Source: a plasmid. Taken from it: a DNA stretch of 64,000 nucleotides. The first letter of the stretch is position 1. Every line of letters begins with the position of its first letter. Of this stretch, positions 39,134 to 48,194 are shown piece by piece. The position numbers were made by a program, and so were the translations under genes. Under the pieces are notes generated by a model. It saw only the letters and a program-made list of their open reading frames with translations. It did no database searches and was not told the DNA's origin. Location: the sequence record NZ_CP044080.1; one strand, written 5' to 3'.

Positions 39134-40240
39134 ATGATCCGTCTGGAAAACGTCACCAAGACCTTCGAGACCTATCTGGCCGTGGACAATGTCAGCTTCG
39201 AGGTCCCCGAGGGCGAGATCTGCGTGCTGCTGGGCCCATCGGGCTGCGGCAAGACCACGACCATGCGCATGATCAACCGCCTGACCGAACTCAGCTCGGG
39301 CCGCATCCTGATCGGCGGCCGCGACATCATGGAGGTCGGCGCGACCCAGCTGCGACGGGGCATCGGCTATGTCATCCAGCAGATCGGCCTGTTCCCCAAC
39401 AAGACGATCGAGGACAACATCTGCACCGTGCCCGACCTGCTGGGCATGGACCGCAAGGCCTCGCGCAAGCGCGCGCACGATCTGCTGGAGATGGTGGCGC
39501 TGGACCCCGCCGTGTTTGCCCGGCGCTATCCCAAGCAGCTGTCGGGCGGCCAGCAACAGCGCGTCGGCGTGATTCGGGCCCTGGCCGCCGATCCGCCGGT
39601 CCTGCTGATGGACGAGCCTTTCGGCGCCATCGACCCGATCAACCGCGCCGTGATCCAGGACGAGTTCCTGAAGTTGCAATCGACGCTGAAAAAGACGGTG
39701 ATCTTTGTCAGCCACGACATCGACGAGGCGGTCAAGATGGCCTCGCGCATCGCCATCTTCAAAAGCGGCCGGCTGGTGCAATACGACACGCCCGACAATA
39801 TCCTGGCCCATCCGGTGGACGATTTCGTGGCCGATTTCGTCGGCGGGGACCGCACACTGAAACGGCTGCAACTGGTCAGGGTGGCCGATGCCATGCAGCC
39901 CGACCCGCCCCGCGTGCTGGCCGAAACCCCGGTGGCCGAGGCGCTGACCCTGATGCAGCGCAACGACCATCAGTCGGTGGTGATGACCGGGCCGCGCGGC
40001 CGGGTGCGCGGGCTGGTCCGGCGGGCGCAGCTGCAGGGCGCGGCGGGCACGGTGGGCGATCACTACGAACGCATTCCCTGCACCATCCATGTCGACGACA
40101 CGCTGCGCAACGCCGTATCCTTGATGTTTTCCAACGACCAGACCTGGCTCGCTTGTGTGGACCGGGACGGGTTCTATCGCGGCTACCTGACCCAGCGCGG
40201 CATCACGCACCTGCTGGGTGCGACCTATCGAGACGCATGA
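39134..40240 (+). CDS. ABC transporter ATP-binding protein with tandem C-terminal CBS domains (OpuCA/ProV-like)
   Basis: Walker A GPSGCGKTT, ABC signature LSGGQQQRV and Walker B VLLMDEPFGAID, followed by a CBS-pair region of about 120 aa. Confidence 0.9.
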   Translation: MIRLENVTKTFETYLAVDNVSFEVPEGEICVLLGPSGCGKTTTMRMINRLTELSSGRILIGGRDIMEVGATQLRRGIGYVIQQIGLFPNKTIEDNICTVPDLLGMDRKASRKRAHDLLEMVALDPAVFARRYPKQLSGGQQQRVGVIRALAADPPVLLMDEPFGAIDPINRAVIQDEFLKLQSTLKKTVIFVSHDIDEAVKMASRIAIFKSGRLVQYDTPDNILAHPVDDFVADFVGGDRTLKRLQLVRVADAMQPDPPRVLAETPVAEALTLMQRNDHQSVVMTGPRGRVRGLVRRAQLQGAAGTVGDHYERIPCTIHVDDTLRNAVSLMFSNDQTWLACVDRDGFYRGYLTQRGITHLLGATYRDA

Positions 40241-40983
40241 CGATGACGGGCGCGCATCTGTCGAATGTCGTCATGCAGGCGCTGCGGCTTGCGGGCTACG
40301 CGCTGATCTTCCTGGCCGGCATCTGGTTCCACTCCAGTGGCGCCATGGCCGCGATGGGCGAATATGCCGAGGACATCCGCTATCTGACCGTCCAGCACCT
40401 GCAGCTGACCGCGATCTCGGGGGCGCTGGCGATCCTGATCGGGATCCCCATCGGCGTGCTGCTGGCGCGCCGGTCGCTGGGCATCCTGGGGCCGGTGGTG
40501 GCGCAGGTGGTGAACCTGGGCACGACGATCCCGACGCTGGCGATCCTAGCGCTGGCCATGACGGTGATGGGCCTTGGCACGCCGCCCGCGATCTTTGGCC
40601 TGACGGTGCTGACGCTGCTGCCCATCGTCCTGAACACCATCGCGGGCATCAAAAGCGTGCCGCCCGCGCTGATCGACGCGGCGCGCGGCATGGGCATGAC
40701 CGGCTGGCAGATCCTGTGGAAGGTGGAACTGCCCTATGCGCTGTTCGTAATCTTCGCCGGCATCCGCACGGCGCTGGCGATCAACATCGGCACCGTGCCG
40801 CTGGCCTTCCTGATCGGCGGCGGGGGCCTGGGTGAGCTGATCTTTACCGGCATCGACCTGATGGAGCCGGGCCTGCTGCTGGCCGGCGCGATCCCGACCG
40901 CGGCGCTGGCCGTCGCCGTCGACCTGCTGGGCGCGCAGGCCCAGTACTGGCTGGTGCCCAAGGGCATCAACCCGCTGCGCTGA
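40237..40983 (+). CDS. ABC transporter permease (second OpuC-type membrane component)
   Basis: The ATG overlaps the ATPase stop (ATGA). It has 6 TM helices and an EAA loop (IDAARGMGMTGWQILWKVELPYA). Confidence 0.85.
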   Translation: MTMTGAHLSNVVMQALRLAGYALIFLAGIWFHSSGAMAAMGEYAEDIRYLTVQHLQLTAISGALAILIGIPIGVLLARRSLGILGPVVAQVVNLGTTIPTLAILALAMTVMGLGTPPAIFGLTVLTLLPIVLNTIAGIKSVPPALIDAARGMGMTGWQILWKVELPYALFVIFAGIRTALAINIGTVPLAFLIGGGGLGELIFTGIDLMEPGLLLAGAIPTAALAVAVDLLGAQAQYWLVPKGINPLR

Positions 40984-40999
40984 AACCATAAAACCAACA

Positions 41000-41893
41000 G
41001 TGGAGAGAAGCATGACCCTGAAACGCCTTTTCGCCAGCGCCCTTGTCGCGCTTGGCCTGGCCCTTCCTGCCGCCGCGGCGCCCCTGGTCGTGGGCGGCAA
41101 AAACTTCACCGAACAGCAGCTGATCGCCGAGATCACCACCCAGCTCTTGAAATCCAAGGGCTTCGAGGTCGACAAGCGTGCAGGCCTTGGCACCGCGCCG
41201 CTGCGCCAGGCGCTCGAGGCCGGGCAGATCGACCTTTACTGGGAATATACCGGCACCTCGCTCATCACCTTCAACAAGATCGAAGAGAAGATGGACGCCG
41301 ACCAGACCTATGCCAAGGTCAAGGAGCTTGACGGCGAAAAGGGCCTGGTCTGGCTGAACCCGTCCAAGGTGAACTCGACCTATGCCATCGCCATGCGCGC
41401 GGCAGATGCCAAGGAAAGGGGCATCGCCACGATCTCGGATCTGGCGGCCAAGATCAACGGTGGCGAGGCGCTGACCTTCGGCAGCAACGCCGAATTCTAC
41501 GCCCGGCCGGACGGGCTGAAGCCGCTGGAAAAGCTGTATGGCTTTGAATACGGCCGCGCCAACGTTAAGCGCATGGACACCGGACTGGTCTATCAGGCGC
41601 TCAAGGACGGGCAGGTCGACAGCGGGCAGGTCTTTGCCACCGACGGACGCATCCCGGCCTTCGACTTCGTGGTCCTCAAGGACGACAAGGGGTATTTCCC
41701 CAGCTATGCAATGACCCCGGTCGTGCGCAAGGACATCCTGGACGCCAACCCGCAGTTGGCCGACCTGCTGAACGACCTGTCGGGCCGCCTGGACGACGCG
41801 GCGATGATGGCGCTGAACAGCCAGGTGGACGTGGACAAGAAATCGGTCGAAGCGGTGGCCTCGGACTTCCTCAAGGCCCAAGGCATGATCTGA
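41000..41893 (+). CDS. Glycine betaine/choline-type ABC substrate-binding protein (OpuAC family)
   Basis: Signal peptide (RLFASALVALGLALPAAAAP), an OpuAC fold (VVGGKNFTEQQLIAEI...IDLYWEYTG) and an SD (agtggagagaag). The start may be the ATG at 41012. Confidence 0.85.
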   Translation: MERSMTLKRLFASALVALGLALPAAAAPLVVGGKNFTEQQLIAEITTQLLKSKGFEVDKRAGLGTAPLRQALEAGQIDLYWEYTGTSLITFNKIEEKMDADQTYAKVKELDGEKGLVWLNPSKVNSTYAIAMRAADAKERGIATISDLAAKINGGEALTFGSNAEFYARPDGLKPLEKLYGFEYGRANVKRMDTGLVYQALKDGQVDSGQVFATDGRIPAFDFVVLKDDKGYFPSYAMTPVVRKDILDANPQLADLLNDLSGRLDDAAMMALNSQVDVDKKSVEAVASDFLKAQGMI

Positions 41894-41902
41894 TCCCGCT
41901 TC

Positions 41903-41940
41903 GGGGCCTGCGTTTCGTCGCACAGGCCCCCTCTTTTTTG
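41903..41940 (+). terminator. Canonical Rho-independent terminator after the transporter operon
   Basis: ggggcctg-cgtttcgtcgca-caggcccc (perfect 8-bp stem) followed by CTCTTTTTTG, 10 nt after the stop. Confidence 0.8.
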
Positions 41941-41954
41941 CCGAAAGTCCCGCC

Positions 41955-42788
41955 ATGTCCTGCCTGACCGTCGCCGCCGCGCAGATCGCCTGCGAACCGG
42001 GCGATATTGCCGCGAACCTTTCCCTGCATCTTGATGCCATCTCGGACGCCCGGCGGCGCGGGGTGGGGCTGCTGGTTTTCCCGGAACTGTCGCTGACCGA
42101 CTACCTGTCGCGGCCCGACACGGGCCGGCTGGCCCGGCGGCTGGACGATGCCGAGCCTGCCGCCATCGCCCGCGCGGCCGGCGACATGGCGGTGTCCTTC
42201 GGCATGATCCTGGCCGAGCATGGGGCCGTCTTCAATGCACAGGTGCTGGTTGGCACCGGCGCCGCGCCTGCGGTCCATCGCAAGCTGAACCTGCCGCATT
42301 ACGGCAATCTTTACGAGGCAGATCATTATGATGCAGGCCAAAAGCTTGATGTTTTCGAGACCTGCGTCGGGCGCCTTTCGACGCTGATCTGTGCCGACAG
42401 CTGGAACCCGGCGCTGGTCTGGCTGGCCGCGCATCAGGCGCCGGACCTGTTGGCGCAGCCCATCGCCTCGGCCCGCAGCGCGGTGGGGGGCGAGTTCGAC
42501 AACCCCGCCGGCTGGCGCATCAACCTGCGCCATACGGCGATGACCTATGGCCTGCCGACGATCATGTGCAACCATTGCGGCACACGCGGCGGGCTGGAGT
42601 TCTGGGGCGGCTCGCGCGTCCTCGATCCCTTCGGGCGCGAGCTTGTCGAACTGGACGATGGCCCTGGGCTGGCGGTGGCCGAGGTCGATGCCGCAGCGAT
42701 GGCCCGCGCCCGCGCGCTGCTGCCGACGGTGCGCGACGCGAACCCGGCGCTGATCGCCACGCTGATGCGGGCTGGCGGGCTGACCTAG
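41955..42788 (+). CDS. Carbon-nitrogen hydrolase (nitrilase superfamily) protein
   Basis: 277 aa with the CN_hydrolase catalytic triad context (FPELSLTDY...Glu, ...K..., LICADSW...Cys). Its end overlaps the convergent gbcB-like gene. Confidence 0.8.
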   Translation: MSCLTVAAAQIACEPGDIAANLSLHLDAISDARRRGVGLLVFPELSLTDYLSRPDTGRLARRLDDAEPAAIARAAGDMAVSFGMILAEHGAVFNAQVLVGTGAAPAVHRKLNLPHYGNLYEADHYDAGQKLDVFETCVGRLSTLICADSWNPALVWLAAHQAPDLLAQPIASARSAVGGEFDNPAGWRINLRHTAMTYGLPTIMCNHCGTRGGLEFWGGSRVLDPFGRELVELDDGPGLAVAEVDAAAMARARALLPTVRDANPALIATLMRAGGLT

Positions 42789-43807
42789 GCCAGCACCACC
42801 GCGATATCCGACAGGGCGCGGCTGGAGCAGGCAAGGATATAGCCCTGGGCTTGCTCCTCGGGCGTGATGCCGCCATTCGCAGCCATCACTACCTGGCCCG
42901 AGACCAGCTTGACCATGCAGGTGCCGCACATGCCTTCGCCGCAGCCGCAGGGGATGATGACGCCGTGGCGCAGGCTGGCTTGCAGCACGCTTTCGTCGGG
43001 GCGGATCGCCACGTCGCGGCCGGCGACCGTCATCGCGAAAGCCGGGCCGTCTTGGGCCACGGGGGCCGGGGCCGCCACGGGAACCGGCGCCCCGCCAAAG
43101 CTTTCGGTATGGAACTGTGCCTTGTCGCCGCCCTCGGCCGCGTGGATCAGCTGCGCCTCGGTCATGAAGCCCTGGGGCCCGCAGCAGAACACCTCGCGCC
43201 GCCCCAGATCGGGCAGGGCAGCGGCCAGCAGGGTGCGCGAGATGCGGCCGCGATAGCCGAACCAGCCGGGCGCCGGTCGGGTGACGCTGACCGCCACGCT
43301 GAGGTTTGGCATCCGCGCCTGCAATTCGGCCAGTTCGGCGGCGAACAGCACCTCGGCCGGCGCGCGGGCGGCGTGGAACCAGGCCACATCGGCCAGCGGC
43401 TCGGTCGCCGCAAGATGGCGCAGCATGGCGATCATCGGCGTCGCCCCCGACCCGCCCGAGACGAAGGCCAGCCGGTCATGGCATCGCAGCGCCAGCGTGA
43501 AATGGCCGCGCGGGCTGCGCGCCTGGACCCGCGCGCCGGGGGTCAGGTTCGCGTGCAGCCAGCGCGTCGCGCCGCCCTCGGCCTGCGCCTTGATCGTCAG
43601 TGCCAGGTCGCCATCCGTCCCGCCCGAGATGGTGAAGCTCCGCCAGACCGGCCCGCCGGGCAGCGGCACCCGCAGCACCAGCGCCTGGCCGGGGACAAAG
43701 CCCACCGGCGCCGCGCCGCGCAGCCGAAAGCTGCGGATCGTCGGGGTTTCATCCGCCACGCCGACACAGGTCAGCTCCAGCAGTCCGGCGTCGCCTGGCA
43801 TGGTCAT
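42785..43807 (-). CDS. gbcB: Rieske-oxygenase reductase component (FNR-like FAD/NAD domain plus C-terminal 2Fe-2S ferredoxin), GbcB/CntB-like
   Basis: 340 aa with RSFTIS (RxYS-type FAD), an NAD fold (FVSGGSGATP) and C-terminal CGCGEGMCGTC 2Fe-2S cysteines. It is translationally coupled to the upstream Rieske gene. Confidence 0.8.
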   Translation of the reverse strand: MTMPGDAGLLELTCVGVADETPTIRSFRLRGAAPVGFVPGQALVLRVPLPGGPVWRSFTISGGTDGDLALTIKAQAEGGATRWLHANLTPGARVQARSPRGHFTLALRCHDRLAFVSGGSGATPMIAMLRHLAATEPLADVAWFHAARAPAEVLFAAELAELQARMPNLSVAVSVTRPAPGWFGYRGRISRTLLAAALPDLGRREVFCCGPQGFMTEAQLIHAAEGGDKAQFHTESFGGAPVPVAAPAPVAQDGPAFAMTVAGRDVAIRPDESVLQASLRHGVIIPCGCGEGMCGTCMVKLVSGQVVMAANGGITPEEQAQGYILACSSRALSDIAVVLA

Positions 43808-45036
43808 TCCGCCGCCATCCGCGCCGCCGGTCCGCCGATGTGATCGGCCATCTTGCCCGCATACCAGTCCGAGAAGTTCCGCAGCATGAATTCGGAGGGC
43901 GCATAGGGGCCGGGCTTGTAGGCGCGGGACAGGATGCCGCGATGGTTGTTCTCGGCCAGGATCCGGTCCTCGTCATTGGTGGCGGTCCAGACCTCGGTCA
44001 GGCGCTGGATGTCGTAATCGACGCCCTCGACGGCGTCTTCGTGGACCAGCCAGGTCGTCCTGACGGCGGTGCGGTTGGCCGACAGCGGCAGGACGCGGAA
44101 GTGGATGATGTGGTCGGACAGGAAATGGTTCCAGTTGTTCGGCACGCGGAACATCCGCACCGAGCCAAGGTCGGGTTCGGTGAAGTCGGCGAGCAGCTTG
44201 TTGCAGGCGAGCCCCCCGTCCATGGTGAAGGACAGGCAGTTTTCGTTGAAGGGCAGACGGATGCAGCGGAACTCCAGCCCGCCGTCGGCCGGCTTGTGCG
44301 GCAGGCCCAGCCGGTCCCAGCGGTCGGTCGAACGGCCCATCAGCCCTTGGAACTGCGCCGCCACCAGCGGGTCGTCGGGCAGCGCGAATTCGACCAGCGT
44401 GACCAGCAGTTCCGGGTGGTTGCCCGCGCAATGATAACATTCGCGGTTGTTTTCGATCACCAACTTCCAGTTCGCTTCCTCGACGATAGTGGTCGAAAAG
44501 GCGACCTTGGTGCGATCGGGCCTGTGCGGTTCGATATAGGGCGTGACGCCCGCGCGGAACGCGGCCAGCGACGGCGGCTGGTCGGCGATGCAGACATAGA
44601 CCATGCCGCAGATCACCTCGACATGGACCGGGGCAAGACCATGCGCGGCCTTGTCGAAACCCTCGGGCATCTGGCGGGCGTTGATCAGCCTGCCGTCCAG
44701 TTCATAGACCCACTGGTGATAGGGGCAGACCAGCCGGTTCGCGCGACCCTGTTCCTTCTGGCAGATCAGCGATCCGCGATGGCGGCAGGTGTTGTGGAAT
44801 GCCGCCACCGCGCCGTCGCGGTTGCGCAGCACAACGATGGGATTGTCGCCGATCTGCAGGGTGACATAGTCGCCCGGGCGCGGGATCTCGGCCAGGTTGC
44901 AGGCGAACAGCCAGTCGGTTTCGAACACCGCCTTCATGTCGGCCCGAAAGATCTCCTCATCGACATAGAAGTCGCGCGGCAGCGAATGGCCGGGTTTGCG
45001 GTCCTGCAAGAGCTGGGCGATCCTGTCGTTCAGCAT
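43804..45036 (-). CDS. gbcA: Rieske [2Fe-2S] non-heme-iron oxygenase, quaternary-amine N-demethylase family (GbcA / Stc2 / CntA-like)
   Basis: 410 aa with a Rieske CRHRGSLIC...CPYHQW motif, and a mononuclear Fe His-His-Asp region (NNRECYHCAGNHPEL). It is adjacent to the betaine-type ABC transporter. Confidence 0.8.
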   Translation of the reverse strand: MLNDRIAQLLQDRKPGHSLPRDFYVDEEIFRADMKAVFETDWLFACNLAEIPRPGDYVTLQIGDNPIVVLRNRDGAVAAFHNTCRHRGSLICQKEQGRANRLVCPYHQWVYELDGRLINARQMPEGFDKAAHGLAPVHVEVICGMVYVCIADQPPSLAAFRAGVTPYIEPHRPDRTKVAFSTTIVEEANWKLVIENNRECYHCAGNHPELLVTLVEFALPDDPLVAAQFQGLMGRSTDRWDRLGLPHKPADGGLEFRCIRLPFNENCLSFTMDGGLACNKLLADFTEPDLGSVRMFRVPNNWNHFLSDHIIHFRVLPLSANRTAVRTTWLVHEDAVEGVDYDIQRLTEVWTATNDEDRILAENNHRGILSRAYKPGPYAPSEFMLRNFSDWYAGKMADHIGGPAARMAAE

Positions 45037-45182
45037 GTCGATGTCCTTCGCGTGGGCCTGTCGGGCGGATGGGCGCGTATCCCCCGATCTTGCATCCGGG
45101 CCCGCCCGGCGCAGGGCAGGAAACCGTCATTTCGGGTCAGGAAGCCGTCGCGGGCCGCTTGGCCAGGTCACGAAAGAAATGC

Positions 45183-45207
45183 AAAAGAAATGAAAATTGC
45201 ACGCAAT
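45183..45207. promoter_or_regulatory. Candidate regulator-binding palindrome in the divergent intergenic upstream of gbcA
   Basis: The AT-rich region contains direct repeats AAAGAAATG x2 and a 12-bp palindrome ATTGCacGCAAT (45196..45207). Confidence 0.3.
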
Positions 45208-45319
45208 ACCCTGTGTTTTCAGTCAGGTCCGGCGGAAAAGAGGCTTGACCCACGGCGCCGTCGCTCCAAACTTTGATGATGGAGATGCGAATTTCGATCA
45301 ACCCGACGTCGATGGTTTC

Positions 45320-45700
45320 ATGATGGACACCTATCTCTCTGCCGCGCGCGATCTGGTGGTCGAGGGGATGCGCGAAAGCCAGGTCGCCTTGTCGTCCGAC
45401 CTTGAATTCCACCTGGCGGCGACGCTGGCGCGCTATATGCACCGGCCGATCGCGCCGGACCAGTTGACGGTTCGGCTGATGGATGCCGCCCAAAGACAGG
45501 CCCGCAGGGGCGAGTCGCGCCAGATCGGCGATGCCTGCCTGATATCCTGCGCCTTTTTCGCGGCGCGGCTGACGCGGACGGGCGGCAGCGTCGTCCACTA
45601 CGCCGGGCTTGGGCAGACGGCCTATGAAATCGCGGGCATGCCGGAGGTGGCCCACGGCTTTCCCGACATGCTGGACGTCCTGCAAGCCAGCAGCCCGTAG
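45320..45700 (+). CDS. Hypothetical protein (about 126 aa), no recognisable domain
   Basis: Strong GC3 bias from the ATG at 45320 to the stop at 45700; the upstream part of the track ORF begins at a TTG in the AT-rich promoter. It is convergent with the TPR gene of the rSAM operon. Confidence 0.5.
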   Translation: MMDTYLSAARDLVVEGMRESQVALSSDLEFHLAATLARYMHRPIAPDQLTVRLMDAAQRQARRGESRQIGDACLISCAFFAARLTRTGGSVVHYAGLGQTAYEIAGMPEVAHGFPDMLDVLQASSP

Positions 45701-45789
45701 ATCGAGGAACGGACCCTGCCCCACCGCGAGGCGCCGCAGGCCGAGGGCAGCGACGGAAAGTTCCTGTTCATCTCGTCCCGCTTCAGGCA

Positions 45790-46377
45790 CTAGCGAGATC
45801 GCTCCAGCCGGCGCAGCATGTCGTGCGACCAGGCATAGGCCGGATCAAGGCTCAGGGCGTGGCGAAAGGCGGCGCGGGCCTCGTTCCGGCGCCCCAGCGC
45901 GGTCAGGCACATGCCCAGGTTGTGGTGCACGACCGCCCGCCTGGCATCCAGCGCCAGCGCACGGCGGTAAAGCGGCAGCGCCTTGGCAGGGCGGTCCATG
46001 TCGTAAAGGACGTTCGCGGCCTCGTTCCATGCGGGTTCATAGGCCGGGTCAAGTCCCAGTGCCACGTCGAAGGCCGCCAAGGCCGGCACGAACCGCCGCA
46101 GGTCGCGTAGCACCAGGCCCAGATTGCCCCAGTTCATCGCACGGCGCGGCCCCAGCCGGATGGCGGCGGCAAAGGCCTCGTGCGCCTCGGCCATCCGGCC
46201 CTGGGTCCACAGCACCGAACCCAGGCCACGCCAAGCGTCCTCGCCCGCCAGTTGCGCACGAAATGCCGCCTCGGCCGCGTCCAGCCGGCCCGCCCGCCAC
46301 AGATCGAAGGCGTGGGCCAGGCCGGGGTCGGCGGGGCGCCAGCCCTCCCACGCCGTGGGCGGTCCGTCAGCCGGCAA
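45790..46377 (-). CDS. Tetratricopeptide-repeat protein (last gene of the rSAM/RiPP-like operon)
   Basis: 195 aa with about 5 TPR units (AEAHEAFAAAIRLGPRRAMNWGNLGLVL; AKALPLYRRALALDARRAVVHHNLGMCL). Its TTG start overlaps the upstream gene stop. Confidence 0.7.
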   Translation of the reverse strand: MPADGPPTAWEGWRPADPGLAHAFDLWRAGRLDAAEAAFRAQLAGEDAWRGLGSVLWTQGRMAEAHEAFAAAIRLGPRRAMNWGNLGLVLRDLRRFVPALAAFDVALGLDPAYEPAWNEAANVLYDMDRPAKALPLYRRALALDARRAVVHHNLGMCLTALGRRNEARAAFRHALSLDPAYAWSHDMLRRLERSR

Positions 46378-47005
46378 CGTGAAAGCACCCCGCCAGCATC
46401 ACCAGCCGTTCCCCGGCGGCCAGCGGCGGACGCAGATGCGCATGGCGCGAACCGAAGATCGCCGCCGCGCGATTGCTGCGCGCGGTCAGCCGCATCGCCA
46501 GTCCCGTGGCCGAGTTGTCGCCCCGAAAGATGAACAGCTGCATGCCGGGGCTGGGCTCGACCCCGTCGGGCCAGGCCGCGTCCAGATAGGTCAGCAGGTT
46601 GTATTTGCAGCTGTCGGCCTTGTCGCAATGCTCGCCCATGTGTTCGGAGGGGCCGGTGTATCGCGTGTAGCAGGTCGCGCTCCAGGACGGGGCGAGGCGT
46701 TCGCCGGTCAGCGCGTGCAGCCAGGCCACGACGGCGTCCGAGGACAGATAGCCCCGCGCGACGGGGCCCAGATGGGCGCGGCGGTTGTCCTGCGCGATCT
46801 CGCCCCGGTCGCGGCTGCCGGTCAGCTGCCAGCTTTCGGCATCAAGCTGACCCAGCGCTTCCTCCAGCAGGGCGCGGTGCAAGGCGGCGTTCAGCGCAGG
46901 GGGCCCAAGGACCGTGACGCCGGTGGCGCGGAAGGCGTCGACATGCGCCGGCCCAAGCGCGGAGGGGTCGGCGAAGACGGCGTCGGCAATGGGGGCGTCA
47001 GGCAT
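46367..47005 (-). CDS. Putative Fe(II)/2-oxoglutarate-dependent oxygenase-like protein (PhyH-like HxD...H), function unproven
   Basis: 212 aa with EHMGEHCDKAD (HxD) and downstream His residues (SRHAHL). It overlaps both neighbours in the operon (8-nt overlap with the HExxH gene). Confidence 0.5.
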   Translation of the reverse strand: MPDAPIADAVFADPSALGPAHVDAFRATGVTVLGPPALNAALHRALLEEALGQLDAESWQLTGSRDRGEIAQDNRRAHLGPVARGYLSSDAVVAWLHALTGERLAPSWSATCYTRYTGPSEHMGEHCDKADSCKYNLLTYLDAAWPDGVEPSPGMQLFIFRGDNSATGLAMRLTARSNRAAAIFGSRHAHLRPPLAAGERLVMLAGCFHVAG

Positions 47006-48194
47006 GGGCGGTCTCCTTCGGCAGGGCCTCGACGGCTTGGCGCAGGTCCTCCATCAGCCCGGCGCCGGCCGGGGTGGCGGTGCCGTTGTCGGACAGCACC
47101 CGCCAGCCCTGGCGCGTGTTCGCCGCCTGCCGGGCCAGCACCCCGCGCGCGAAGCGGGCCGAGGCCCCGCCCCGCGCCGCAAGCCGGTCATACCAGGCGC
47201 AGACGTTCAGAAAGGCGTGCACGCCCAGCAGCAGCCCGTCCAGCGGGCGCTTGTCGCTGCGCCAGGGGCTGTCAAAGCCCGCTGCCTCGGCTGCAGGGTC
47301 GGTCGCAACCACCAGCGGATCGACGGCCTTGGCCCAATGCATCCGCACATGGCTGGATTCGTGGCACAGGAGGTCGCCCACCGTTTCCGGCGCCCCCGCC
47401 GTCATCATGATCGTGCCGCAGAGCGATTGCGGCGAATGGCTGCGCTCATAGCCGCGCGGCGCCAGCAGGACCAGGCCCCGGACATGCCGCGCCAGCGTCT
47501 CGGCCGCCGCGGGCCAGACCTGCGCCATCAGCGCAAGGCCAGTCGCGATGCGGGCCATGGCGGCATGCAGCACCTCGCCCTCTGCCAGAGCGAAGGGCGC
47601 CAAGGCCGCCCGCACCGCAGGGTCGGCGTTCAGCACGTCAAGGCCGCCGATCCGGGGGGCTGCGTGGAACAGGGCGTTCCCGGTTCCGGGCGGTGCGGGG
47701 ATGCCGGTCGCGAAGGTTGCCGATACGCCGTCGTCGCGCATCAGCCCGACGCGGCCGCCGCTTTGGCGCAGGGCGATGACCCGCGCGCCGGGGGCGTGCA
47801 GGACGATGCGCAGATGCGGCAGCATCAGATCCGCCGCCAGATCGCCGCCGGTGAACACAAGGGTCAGATCCTCGATATCCGGGGCGCCGATCAGGTGGCG
47901 GGCCAGGGCTGCGCGTCGCTCGGCCAGGCTGCGCGGGTCCTTGACCCCGTCCGGCGCCGTGACCCCGGTATCGAGCGAGGCGAGCGGATGGCCAAAGACC
48001 CGCAGCCGCGCCGGTTCGGGGCAGGCCTTCAGGGCGCGCGCGACCTCGACCGCGCAGGGCTCGTCCGCGCCCTCCAGCATGTCCGCCGCGCGGCGCGCGC
48101 AATCCCGGGCCCAGAGCGCCTGCAGGTGGTCGATGCCCTGGCCGGGGGGGCCTGGAAAGACCAGCCCTGTCAGGTCGGATACCGGGCCGGTCAT
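46998..48194 (-). CDS. HExxH-motif protein of the kind associated with radical-SAM/SPASM peptide-modification cassettes (putative peptide hydroxylase)
   Basis: 398 aa with a single HESSH motif in the C-terminal third (LLCHESSHVRMHW). Its ATG overlaps the rSAM stop (ATGA). Confidence 0.7.
   Translation of the reverse strand: MTGPVSDLTGLVFPGPPGQGIDHLQALWARDCARRAADMLEGADEPCAVEVARALKACPEPARLRVFGHPLASLDTGVTAPDGVKDPRSLAERRAALARHLIGAPDIEDLTLVFTGGDLAADLMLPHLRIVLHAPGARVIALRQSGGRVGLMRDDGVSATFATGIPAPPGTGNALFHAAPRIGGLDVLNADPAVRAALAPFALAEGEVLHAAMARIATGLALMAQVWPAAAETLARHVRGLVLLAPRGYERSHSPQSLCGTIMMTAGAPETVGDLLCHESSHVRMHWAKAVDPLVVATDPAAEAAGFDSPWRSDKRPLDGLLLGVHAFLNVCAWYDRLAARGGASARFARGVLARQAANTRQGWRVLSDNGTATPAGAGLMEDLRQAVEALPKETAHA

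Noticed and set aside
45197-45319. Upstream extension of the hypothetical gene (track ORF starts at 45197).
   Set aside because: That start is a TTG inside an AT-rich promoter-like region; coding-type GC3 bias only begins at the ATG pair at 45320/45323.
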